DNA from: the human T2T-CHM13v2.0 reference genome, Homo sapiens | Assembly: GCF_009914755.1 (NCBI RefSeq) | Contig: NC_060939.1 | DNA: 64,000 nt | Direction: 5' to 3' (one strand) | Shown: piece by piece, positions 43,801 to 56,900 of the stretch | Layout: each line of letters begins with the position of its first letter | Position numbering within the stretch: position 1 is the first letter of the stretch | Position numbers and translations under genes: made by a program | Notes under the pieces: model-generated | The model's database searches: none | Told to the model about the DNA's origin: nothing | The model's input: the letters and a program-made list of their open reading frames with translations, nothing else

Positions 43801-46800
43801 ATTCGATGCCATTCCATTTGATTCTATTCCATTAGTCTCCATTCAATTCCATTAATCTCCATTCCATTCCATTCTACTCCAACTGATTCCATTCCATTCT
43901 ATTCCTTTCCATTCCATTTCATTCCATTCCATTCCATTTCATTCCATTCCATTCCATTCGTGTCCATTCCACTCCAGTCCATTCCATTCGTGTCCATTCC
44001 ATTCCAGTCCATTCCATTTGTGTCCACTGCATTCCATTCCACTCCATTCCATATTATTCCATTACACTCCATTCCATTCTATTACTTTCATTTCCATTCA
44101 ATTCCATTCCATTTGATTCCATTCCACTCGGTTTCATTCCATTTGAGTCCACTCCATTGCAGTCCATTCCATTCCATTCAGTTCCATTCCATTCTGTTCC
44201 ATTCCATTCCGTTCCATTGCATTCCATTCCATTCGGTACCATTCCATATTGTTCCATTCGATTCCATTCGAATCCATTCCATTCCAGTCCATTCCATTCG
44301 ATTCCATTCCATTCCTTTCAATTCCATTCCATTCCATTCCATTCCACTTGATTCCAATCCATTCCCTTCCACTGCATTCCATTCGATTCCATTCCATTGC
44401 ATTGCATTCCATTCCATTGGACTGCATTCCATTCGATTCCATTCCATTCGAATCAATTACATAGCAATCCATTACATTCGAGTCTATTCTATTCCGTTCC
44501 ATTCGATTTCGTTCCAATCCATTCGATTCCATTCCATTCGATTCCATTCCATACTATTGCATTCCATTCGATTACATTATATTCGAATAAGTTCCATTCA
44601 AGAACATTTCTTTTGAGTCCATTCTATTTGAGTCCATTCCCTTTGATTCCATAACATTTGAGTCCATTCAATTCCATTCCTTTCGTTTCCATTCCATTTG
44701 ATGCCATTCCATTCAATTCTGTTCTACTCGACTCCAATACATTCAATTCCATTCCATCCGATTCCATTACATTCTTTTCATTTCTTATCCATTTCAAGCC
44801 ATTCCACTCCATTCCATTCCACTCGTTTCCTTTCCATTCGAGTCCATTCCTCTCCAGTCCATTCCGTTCAATCCATTCCATTCCAGTCCATTCCATTCGA
44901 GTCCGTTCCATTCCAGTCCATTCCATTCGAGTCAATTCCATCCCATTCGATGTCTTTCCATAACGATCCATTCCATTCTATTCCTTTCGATTCCATTCCA
45001 TTCTATTTCATTCCATTCGATTCCCTTCCATTGGACTCCTTTCCATTAGAGTGCATTCCATTCCGTTCCATTTCTTTCCGTTCTGTACGATTCCTACCGT
45101 TCGATTTCATTTTGTTCCAGTCCATTCCTTTCGCGTCCATTCCATTCCATTTCACTCCATTCGATTCCATTCCACTCGATTCCACTTCGTTCCATTTCAT
45201 TGCATTCCATTCTATTCAACTCTATTGCCTTCCATTCCATTCCATTCGATTACATTCCATGCGATTCCATTCGAAATCGAATCAATTACATTACAATCCA
45301 TTACTATTGAGTCCGTTTTATTCCAGTCCACTGCATTCTGGTCCATTCCATTTGATTCCATTCCATTTTATTCCATTCCATACAGTTGCATTCCATTGGA
45401 TTCCATGCTATATCTATAAATTCAATTCGAGACCATTGCTTTTGATTCCATTCTATATGTTTCCATTCCATTCAAGTCCATTACATTTGGTTCAATTCCA
45501 TTCCATTCCATTCCCTTCCATTCCATTCCAGTTGATATCAATCCATTCGATTCCATTCCATTCGAGCACATTCCATTCGAGTCCATTCCATTCGATGCCA
45601 TTCCATTTGATTCTATTCCATTAGTCTCCATTCAATTCCATTAATCTCCATTCCATTCCATTCTACTCCAACTGATTCCATTCCATTCTATTCCTTTCCA
45701 TTCCATTTCATTCCATTCCATTCCATTCCCTTCCATTCCATTCGTGTCCATTCCACTCCAGTCGATTCCATTTGTGTCCACTGCATTCCATTCCACTCCA
45801 TTCCATATTATTCCATTACACTCCATTCCATTCTATTACTTTCATTTCCATTCAATTCCATTCCATTTGATTCCATTCCACTCGGTTTCATTCCATTTGA
45901 GTCCACTCCATTCCATTCCATTCCATTCCATTCCATTCAGTTCCATTCCATTCTGTTCCATTCCATTCCGTTCCATTGCATTCCATTCCATTCGGTACCA
46001 TTCCATATTGTTCCATTCGATTCCATTCGAATCCATTCCATTCCAGTCCATTCCATTCGATTCCATTCCATTCCTTTCAATTCCATTCCATTCCATTCCA
46101 TTCCACTTGATTCCACTCCATTCCCTTCCACTGCATTCCATTCGATTCCATTCCATTGCATTGCATTCCATTCCATTGGACTGCATTCCATTCGATTCCA
46201 TTCCATTCGAATCAATTACATAGCAATCCATTACATTCGAGTCTATTCTATTCCGTTCCATTCGATTTCGTTCCAATCCATTCGATTCCATTCCATTCGA
46301 TTCCATTCCATACTATTGCATTCCATTCGATTACATTATATTCGAATAAGTTCCATTCAAGACCATTTCTTTTGAGTCCATTCTATTTGAGTCCATTCCC
46401 TTTGATTCCATAACATTTGAGTCCATTCAATTCCATTCCTTTCGTTTCCATTCCATTTGATGCCATTCCATTCAATTCTGTTCTACTCGACTCCAATACA
46501 TTCAATTCCATTCCATCCGATTCCATTACATTCTTTTCATTTCTTATCCATTTCAAGCCATTCCACTCCATTCCATTCCACTCGTTTCCTTTCCATTCGA
46601 GTCCATTCCTCTCCAGTCCATTCCGTTCAATCCATTCCATTCCAGTCCATTCCATTCGAGTCCGTTCCATTCCAGTCCATTCCATTCGAGTCAATTCCAT
46701 CCCATTCGATGTCTTTCCATAACGATCCATTCCATTCTATTCCTTTCGATTCCATTCCATTCTATTTCATTCCATTCGATTCCCTTCCATTGGACTCCTT

Positions 46801-47944
46801 TCCATTCGAGTGCATTCCATTCCGTTCCATTTCTTTCCGTTCTGTACGATTCCTACCGTTCGATTTCATTTTGTTCCAGTCCATTCCTTTCGCGTCCATT
46901 CCATTCCATTTCACTCCATTCGATTCCATTCCACTCGATTCCACTTCGTTCCATTTCATTGCATTCCATTCTATTCAACTCTATTGCCTTCCATTCTATT
47001 CCATTCGATTACATTCCATGCGATTCCATTCGAAATCGAATCAATTACATTGCAATCCATTACTATTGAGTCCGTTTTATTCCAGTCCACTGCATTCTGG
47101 TCCATTCCATTTGATTCCATTCCATTCTATTCCATTCCATACAGTTGCATTCATTTGGATTCCATGCTATATCTATAAATTCAATTCGAGACCATTGCTT
47201 TTGAGTCCATTCTATATGATTCCATTCCATTCAAGTCCACTACATTTGGTTCAATTCCATTCCATTCCATTCCCTTCCATTCCATTCCATTTGATATCAA
47301 TCCATTCGATTCCATTCCATTCGAGCACATTCCATTCGAGTCCATTCCATTCGATGCCATTCCATTTGATTCTATTCCATTAGTCTCCATTCTATTCCAT
47401 TAATCTCCATTCCATTCCATTCTACTCCAACTGATTCCATTCCATTCTATTCCTTTCCATTCCATTTCATTCCATTCCATTCCATTTCATTCCATTCCAT
47501 TCCATTCGTGTCCATTCCACTCCAGTCCATTCCATTCGTGTCCATTCCATTCCAGTCCATTCCATTTGTGTCCACTGCATTCCATTCCACTCCATTCCAT
47601 ATTATTCCATTACACTCCATTCCATTCTATTACTTTCATTTCCATTCAATTCCATTCCATTTGATTCCATTCCACTCGGTTTCATTCCATTTGAGTCCAC
47701 TCCATTGCATTCCATTCCATTCCATTCAGTTCCATTCCATTCTGTTCCATTCCATTCCGTTCCATTGCATTCCATTCCATTCGGTACCATTCCATATTGT
47801 TCCATTCGATTCCATTCGAATCCATTCCATTCCAGTCCATTCCATTCGATTCCATTCCATTCCTTTCAATTCCATTCCATTCCATTCCATTCCACTTGAT
47901 TCCACTCCATTCCCTTCCACTGCATTCCATTCGATTCCATTCCA
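40849..47944 (+). repeat. Tandem duplication of a two-unit (3548 bp) block
   Basis: Unit lengths alternate 1759/1789/1759/1789. Marker sets alternate with them: CAGTCGATTCC plus ATATGTTTCC versus CATTCATTTGG plus GTCCACTACA. Confidence 0.85.
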
Positions 47945-50900
47945 TTGCATTGCATTCCATTCCATTGGACTGCATTCCATTCGATTCCATTCCATTCGAA
48001 TCAATTACATAGCAATCCATTACATTCGAGTCTATTCTATTCCGTTCCATTCGATTTCGTTCCAATCCATTCGATTCCATTCCATTCGATTCCATTCCAT
48101 ACTATTGCATTCCATTCTATTACATTATATTCGAATAAGTTCCATTCAAGACCATTTCTTTTGAGTCCATTCTATTTGAGTCCATTCCCTTTGATTCCAT
48201 AACATTTGAGTCCATTCAATTCCATTCCTTTCGTTTGCATTCCATTTGATGCCATTCCATTCAATTCTGTTCTACTCGACTCCAATACATTCAATTCCAT
48301 TCCATCCGATTCCATTACATTCTTTTCATTTCTTATCCATTTCAAGCCATTCCACTCCACTCCATTCCACTCGTTTCCTTTCCATTCGAGTCCATTCCTC
48401 TCCAGTCCATTCCGTTCAATCCATTCCATTCCAGTCCATTCCATTCGAGTCCGTTCCATTCCAGTCCATTCCATTCGAGTCAATTCCATCCCATTCGATG
48501 TCTTTCCATAACGATCCATTCCATTCTATTCCTTTCGATTCCATTCCATTCTATTTCATTCCATTCGATTCCCTTCCATTGGACTCCTTTCCATTCGAGT
48601 GCATTCCATTCCGTTCCATTTCTTTCCGTTCTGTACGATTCCTACCGTTTGATTTCATTTTGTTCCAGTCCATTCCTTTCGCGTCCATTCCATTCCATTT
48701 CACTCCATTCGATTCCATTCCACTCGATTCCACTTCGTTCCATTTCATTGCATTCCATTCTATTCAACTCTATTGCCTTCCATTCTATTCCATTCGATTA
48801 CATTCCATGCGATTCCATTCGAAATCGAATCAATTACATTGCAATCCATTACTATTGAGTCCGTTTTATTCCAGTCCACTGCATTCTGGTCCATTCCATT
48901 TGATTCCATTCCATTCTATTCCATTCCATACAGTTGCATTCATTTGGATTCCATGCTATATCTATAAATTCAATTCGAGACCATTGCTTTTGAGTCCATT
49001 CTATATGATTCCATTCCATTCAAGTCCACTACATTTGGTTCAATTCCATTCCATTCCATTCCCTTCCATTCCATTCCATTTGATATCAATCCATTCGATT
49101 CCATTCCATTCGAGCACATTCCATTCGAGTCCATTCCATTCGATGCCATTCCATTTGATTCTATTCCATTAGTCTCCATTCAATTCCATTAATCTCCATT
49201 CCATTCCATTCTACTCCAACTGATTCCATTCCATTCTATTCCTTTCCATTCCATTTCATTCCATTCCATTCCATTTCATTCCATTCCATTCCATTCGTGT
49301 CCATTCCACTCCAGTCCATTCCATTCGTGTCCATTCCATTCCAGTCCATTCCATTTGTGTCCACTGCATTCCATTCCACTCCATTCCATATTATTCCATT
49401 ACACTCCATTCCATTCTATTACTTTCATTTCCATTCAATTCCATTCCATTTGATTCCATTCCACTCGGTTTCATTCCATTTGAGTCCACTCCATTCCATT
49501 CCATTCCATTCCATTCCATTCAGTTCCATTCCATTCTGTTCCATTCCATTCCGTTCCATTGCATTCCATTCCATTCGGTACCATTCCATATTGTTCCATT
49601 CGATTCCATTCGAATCCATTCCATTCCAGTCCATTCCATTCGATTCCATTCCATTCCTTTCAATTCCATTCCATTCCATTCCATTCCACTTGATTCCACT
49701 CCATTCCCTTCCACTGCATTCCATTCGATTCCATTCCATTGCATTGCATTCCATTCCATTGGACTGCATTCCATTCGATTCCATTCCATTCGAATCAATT
49801 ACATAGCAATCCATTACATTCGAGTCTATTCTATTCCGTTCCATTCGATTTCGTTCCAATCCATTCGATTCCATTCCATTCGATTCCATTCCATACTATT
49901 GCATTCCATTCGATTACATTATATTCGAATAAGTTCCATTCAAGACCACTTCTTTTGAGTCCATTCTATTTGAGTCCATTCCCTTTGATTCCATAACATT
50001 TGAGTCCATTCAATTCCATTCCTTTCGTTTCCATTCCATTTGATGCCATTCCATTCAATTCTGTTCTACTCGACTCCAATACATTCAATTCCATTCCATC
50101 CGATTCCATTACATTCTTTTCATTTCTTATCCATTTCAAGCCATTCCACTCCATTCCATTCCACTCGTTTCCTTTCCATTCGAGTCCATTCCTCTCCAGT
50201 CCATTCCGTTCAATCCATTCCATTCCAGTCCATTCCATTCGAGTCCGTTCCATTCCAGTCCATTCCATTCGAGTCAATTCCATCCCATTCGATGTCTTTC
50301 CATAACGATCCATTCCATTCTATTCCTTTCGATTCCATTCCATTCTATTTCATTCCATTCGATTCCCTTCCATTGGACTCCTTTCCATTCGAGTGCATTC
50401 CATTCCGTTCCATTTCTTTCCGTTCTGTACGATTCGTACCGTTCGATTTCATTTTGTTCCAGTCCATTCCTTTCGCGTCCATTCCATTCCATTTCACTCC
50501 ATTCGATTCCATTCCACTCGATTCCACTTCGTTCCATTTCATTGCATTCCATTCTATTCAACTCTATTGCCTTCCATTCTATTCCATTCGATTACATTCC
50601 ATGCGATTCCATTCGAAATCGAATCAATTACATTGCAATCCATTACTATTGAGTCCGTTTTATTCCAGTCCACTGCATTCTGGTCCATTCCATTTGATTC
50701 CATTCCATTCTATTCCATTCCATACAGTTGCATTCATTTGGATTCCATGCTATATCTATAAATTCAATTCGAGACCATTGCTTTTGAGTCCATTCTATAT
50801 GATTCCATTCCATTCAATTCCACTACATTTGGTTCAATTCCATTCCATTCCATTCCCTTCCATTCCATTCCATTTGATATCAATCCATTCGATTCCATTC

Positions 50901-53900
50901 CATTCGAGCACATTCCATTCGAGTCCATTCCATTCGATGCCATTCCATTTGATTCTATTCCATTAGTCTCCATTCTATTCCATTAATCTCCATTCCATTC
51001 CATTCTACTCCAACTGATTCCATTCCATTCTATTCCTTTCCATTCCATTTCATTCCATTCCATTCCATTTCATTCCATTCCATTCCATTCGTGTCCATTC
51101 CACTCCAGTCCATTCCATTCGTGTCCATTCCATTCCAGTCCATTCCATTTGTGTCCACTGCATTCCATTCCACTCCATTCCATATTATTCCATTACACTC
51201 CATTCCATTCTATTACTTTCATTTCCATTCAATTCCATTCCATTTGATTCCATTCCACTCGGTTTCATTCCATTTGAGTCCACTCCATTGCATTCCATTC
51301 CATTCCATTCAGTTCCATTCCATTCTGTTCCATTCCATTCCGTTCCATTGCATTCCATTCCATTCGGTACCATTCCATATTGTTCCATTCGATTCCATTC
51401 GAATCCATTCCATTCCAGTCCATTCCATTCGATTCCATTCCATTCCTTTCAATTCCATTCCATTCCATTCCATTCCACTTGATTCCACTCCATTCCCTTC
51501 CACTGCATTCCATTCGATTCCATTCCATTGCATTGCATTCCATTCCATTGGACTGCATTCCATTCGATTCCATTCCATTCGAATCAATTACATAGCAATC
51601 CATTACATTCGAGTCTATTCTATTCCGTTCCATTCGATTTCGTTCCAATCCATTCGATTCCATTCCATTCGATTCCATTCCATACTATTGCATTCCATTC
51701 GATTACATTATATTCGAATAAGTTCCATTCAAGACCATTTCTTTTGAGTCCATTCTATTTGAGTCCATTCCCTTTGATTCCATAACATTTGAGTCCATTC
51801 AATTCCATTCCTTTCGTTTCCATTCCATTTGATGCCATTCCATTCAATTCTGTTCTACTCGACTCCAATACATTCAATTCCATTCCATCCGATTCCATTA
51901 CATTCTTTTCATTTCTTATCCATTTCAAGCCATTCCACTCCATTCCATTCCACTCGTTTCCTTTCCATTCGAGTCCATTCCTCTCCAGTCCATTCCGTTC
52001 AATCCATTCCATTCCAGTCCATTCCATTCGAGTCCGTTCCATTCCAGTCCATTCCATTCGAGTCAATTCCATTCCATTCGATGTCTTTCCATAACGATCC
52101 ATTCCATTCTATTCCTTTCGATTCCATTCCATTCTATTTCATTCCATTCGATTCCCTTCCATTGGACTCCTTTCCATTCGAGTGCATTCCATTCCGTTCC
52201 ATTTCTTTCTGTTCTGTACGATTCCTACCGTTCGATTTCATTTTGTTCCAGTCCATTCCTTTCGCGTCCATTCCATTCCATTTCACTCCATTCGATTCCA
52301 TTCCACTCGATTCCACTTCGTTCTATTTCATTGCATTCCATTCTATTCAACTCTATTGCCTTCCATTCCATTCCATTCGATTACATTCCATGCGATTCCA
52401 TTCGAAATCGAATCAATTACATTGCAATCCATTAATATTGAGTCCATTTTATTCCAGTCCACTGCATTCTGGTCCATTCCATTTGATTCCATTCCATTCT
52501 ATTCCATTCCATACAGTTGCATTCCATTGGATTCCATTCTATATCTATAAATTCAATTGGAGACCATTGCTTTTGAGTCCATTCTATATGATTCCATTCC
52601 ATTCAAGTCCATTACATTTGGTTCAATTCCATTCCATTCCATTCCCTTCCATTCCATTCCAGTTGATATCAATCCATTCGATTCCATTCCATTCGAGCAC
52701 ATTCCATTCGAGTCCATTCCATTCGATGCCATTCCATTTGATTCTATTCCATTAGTCTCCATTCAATTCCATTAATCTCCATTCCATTCCATTCTACTCC
52801 AAGTGATTCCATTCCATTCTATTCCTTTCCATTCCATTTCATTCCATTCCATTCCATTTCATTCCATTCCATTCCATTCTCTTCCATTCCATTCGTGTCC
52901 ATTCCACTCCAGTCCATTCCATTCGTGTCCATTCCATTCCAGTCCATTCCATTTGTGTCCACTGCATTCCATTCCACTCCATTCCATATTATTCCATTAC
53001 ACTCCATTCCATTCTATTACTTTCATTTCCATTCAATTCCATTCCATTTGATTCCATTCCACTCGGTTTCATTCCATTTGAGTCCACTCCATTCCATTCC
53101 ATTCCATTCCATTCAGTTCCATTCCATTCTGTTCCGTTCCATTCCATTCTGTTCCATTCCATTCCGTTCCATTGCATTCCATTCCATTCGGTACCATTCC
53201 ATATTGTTCCATTCGATTCCATTCGAATCCATTCCATTCCAGTCCATTCCATTCGATTCCATTCCATTCCTTTCAATTCCATTCCATTCCATTCCATTCC
53301 ACTTGATTCCACTCCATTCCCTTCCACTGCATTCCATTCGATTCCATTCCATTGCATTGCATTCCATTCCATTGGACTGCATTCCATTCGATTCCATTCC
53401 ATTCGAATCAATTACATAGCAATCCATTACATTCGAGTCTATTCTATTCCGTTCCATTCGATTTCGTTCCAATCCATTCGATTCCATTCCATTCGATTCC
53501 ATTCCATACTATTGCATTCCATTCTATTACATTATATTCGAATAAGTTCCATTCAAGACCATTTCTTTTGAGTCCATTCTATTTGAGTCCATTCCCTTTG
53601 ATTCCATAACATTTGAGTCCATTCAATTCCATTCCTTTCGTTTGCATTCCATTTGATGCCATTCCATTCAATTCTGTTCTACTCGACTCCAATACATTCA
53701 ATTCCATTCCATCCGATTCCATTACATTCTTTTCATTTCTTATCCATTTCAAGCCATTCCACTCCACTCCATTCCACTCGTTTCCTTTCCATTCGAGTCC
53801 ATTCCTCTCCAGTCCATTCCGTTCAATCCATTCCATTCCAGTCCATTCCATTCGAGTCCGTTCCATTCCAGTCCATTCCATTCGAGTCAATTCCATCCCA

Positions 53901-56900
53901 TTCGATGTCTTTCCATAACGATCCATTCCATTCTATTCCTTTCGATTCCATTCCATTCTATTTCATTCCATTCGATTCCCTTCCATTGGACTCCTTTCCA
54001 TTAGAGTGCATTCCATTCCGTTCCATTTCTTTCCGTTCTGTACGATTCCTACCGTTTGATTTCATTTTGTTCCAGTCCATTCCTTTCGCGTCCATTCCAT
54101 TCCATTTCACTCCATTCGATTCCATTCCACTCGATTCCACTTCGTTCCATTTCATTGCATTCCATTCTATTCAACTCTATTGCCTTCCATTCTATTCCAT
54201 TCGATTACATTCCATGCGATTCCATTCGAAATCGAATCAATTACATTGCAATCCATTACTATTGAGTCCGTTTTATTCCAGTCCACTGCATTCTGGTCCA
54301 TTCCATTTGATTCCATTCCATTCTATTCCATTCCATACAGTTGCATTCATTTGGATTCCATGCTATATCTATAAATTCAATTCGAGACCATTGCTTTTGA
54401 GTCCATTCTATATGATTCCATTCCATTCAAGTCCACTACATTTGGTTCAATTCCATTCCATTCCATTCCCTTCCATTCCATTCCATTTGATATCAATCCA
54501 TTCGATTCCATTCCATTCGAGCACATTCCATTCGAGTCCATTCCATTCGATGCCATTCCATTTGATTCTATTCCATTAGTCTCCATTCAATTCCATTAAT
54601 CTCCATTCCATTCCATTCTACTCCAACTGATTCCATTCCATTCTATTCCTTTCCATTCCATTTCATTCCATTCCATTCCATTTCATTCCATTCCATTCCA
54701 TTCGTGTCCATTCCACTCCAGTCCATTCCATTCGTGTCCTTTCCATTCCAGTCCATTCCATTTGTGTCCACTGCATTCCATTCCACTCCATTCCATATTA
54801 TTCCATTACACTCCATTCCATTCTATTACTTTCATTTCCATTCAATTCCATTCCATTTGATTCCATTCCACTCGGTTTCATTCCATTTGAGTCCACTCCA
54901 TTGCATTCCATTCCATTCCATTCAGTTCCATTCCATTCTGTTCCATTCCATTCCGTTCCATTGCATTCCATTCCATTCGGTACCATTCCATATTGTTCCA
55001 TTCGATTCCATTCGAATCCATTCCATTCCAGTCCATTCCATTCGATTCCATTCCATTCCTTTCAATTCCATTCCATTCCATTCCATTCCACTTGATTCCA
55101 CTCCATTCCCTTCCACTGCATTCCATTCGATTCCATTCCATTGCATTGCATTCCATTCCATTGGACTGCATTCCATTCGATTCCATTCCATTCGAATCAA
55201 TTACATAGCAATCCATTACATTCGAGTCTATTCTATTCCGTTCCATTCGATTTCGTTCCAATCCATTCGATTCCATTCCATTCGATTCCATTCCATACTA
55301 TTGCATTCCATTCTATTACATTATATTCGAATAAGTTCCATTCAAGACCATTTCTTTTGAGTCCATTCTATTTGAGTCCATTCCCTTTGATTCCATAACA
55401 TTTGAGTCCATTCAATTCCATTCCTTTCGTTTCCATTCCATTTGATGCCATTCCATTCAATTCTGTTCTACTCGACTCCAATACATTCAATTCCATTCCA
55501 TCCGATTCCATTACATTCTTTTCATTTCTTATCCATTTCAAGCCATTCCACTCCATTCCATTCCACTCGTTTCCTTTCCATTCGAGTCCATTCCTCTCCA
55601 GTCCATTCCGTTCAATCCATTCCATTCCAGTCCATTCCATTCGAGTCCGTTCCATTCCAGTCCATTCCATTCGAGTCAATTCCATCCCATTCGATGTCTT
55701 TCCATAACGATCCATTCCATTCTATTCCTTTCGATTCCATTCCATTCTATTTCATTCCATTCGATTCCCTTCCATTGGACTCCTTTCCATTAGAGTGCAT
55801 TCCATTCCGTTCCATTTCTTTCCGTTCTGTACGATTCCTACCGTTCGATTTCATTTTGTTCCAGTCCATTCCTTTCGCGTCCATTCCATTCCATTTCACT
55901 CCATTCGATTCCATTCCATCTCACTCCATTCGATTCCATTCCACTCGATTCCACTTCGTTCCATTTCATTGCATTCCATTCTATTCAACTCTATTGCCTT
56001 CCATTCCATTCCATTCGATTACATTCCATGCGATTCCATTCGAAATCGAATCAATTACATTGCAATCCATAACTATTGAGTCCGTTTTATTCCAGTCCAC
56101 TGCATTCTGGTCCATTCCATTTGATTCCATTCCATTCTATTCCATTCCATACAGTTGCATTCCATTGGATTCCATGCTATATCTATAAATTCAATTCGAG
56201 ACCATTGCTTTTGAGTCCATTCTATATGATTCCATTCCATTCAAGTCCATTACATTTGGTTCAATTCCATTCCATTCCATTCCCTTCCATTCCATTCCAT
56301 TTGATATCAATCCATTCGATTCCATTCCATTCGAGCACATTCCATTCGAGTCCATTCCATTCGATGCCATTCCATTTGATTCTATTCCATTAGTCTCCAT
56401 TCAATTCCATTAATCTCCATTCCATTCCATTCTACTCCAACTGATTCCATTCCATTCTATTCCTTTCTATTCCATTTCATTCCATTCCATTCCAATTCAT
56501 TCCATTCCATTCCATTCGTGTCCATTCCACTCCAGTCCATTCCATTCGTGTCCATTCCATTCCAGTCCATTCCATTTGTGTCCACTGCATTCCATTCCAC
56601 TCCATTCCATATTATTCCATTACACTCCATTCCATTCTATTACTTTCATTTCCATTCAATTCCATTCCATTTGATTCCATTCCACTCGGTTTCATTCCAT
56701 TTGAGTCCACTCCATTCCATTCCATTCCATTCCATTCCATTCAGTTCCATTCCATTCTGTTCCATTCCATTCCGTTCCATTCCATTCCATTCCATTCGGT
56801 ACCATTCCATATTGTTCCATTCGATTCCATTCGAATCCATTCCATTCCAGTCCATTCCATTCGATTCCATTCCATTCCTTTCAATTCCATTCCATTCCAT

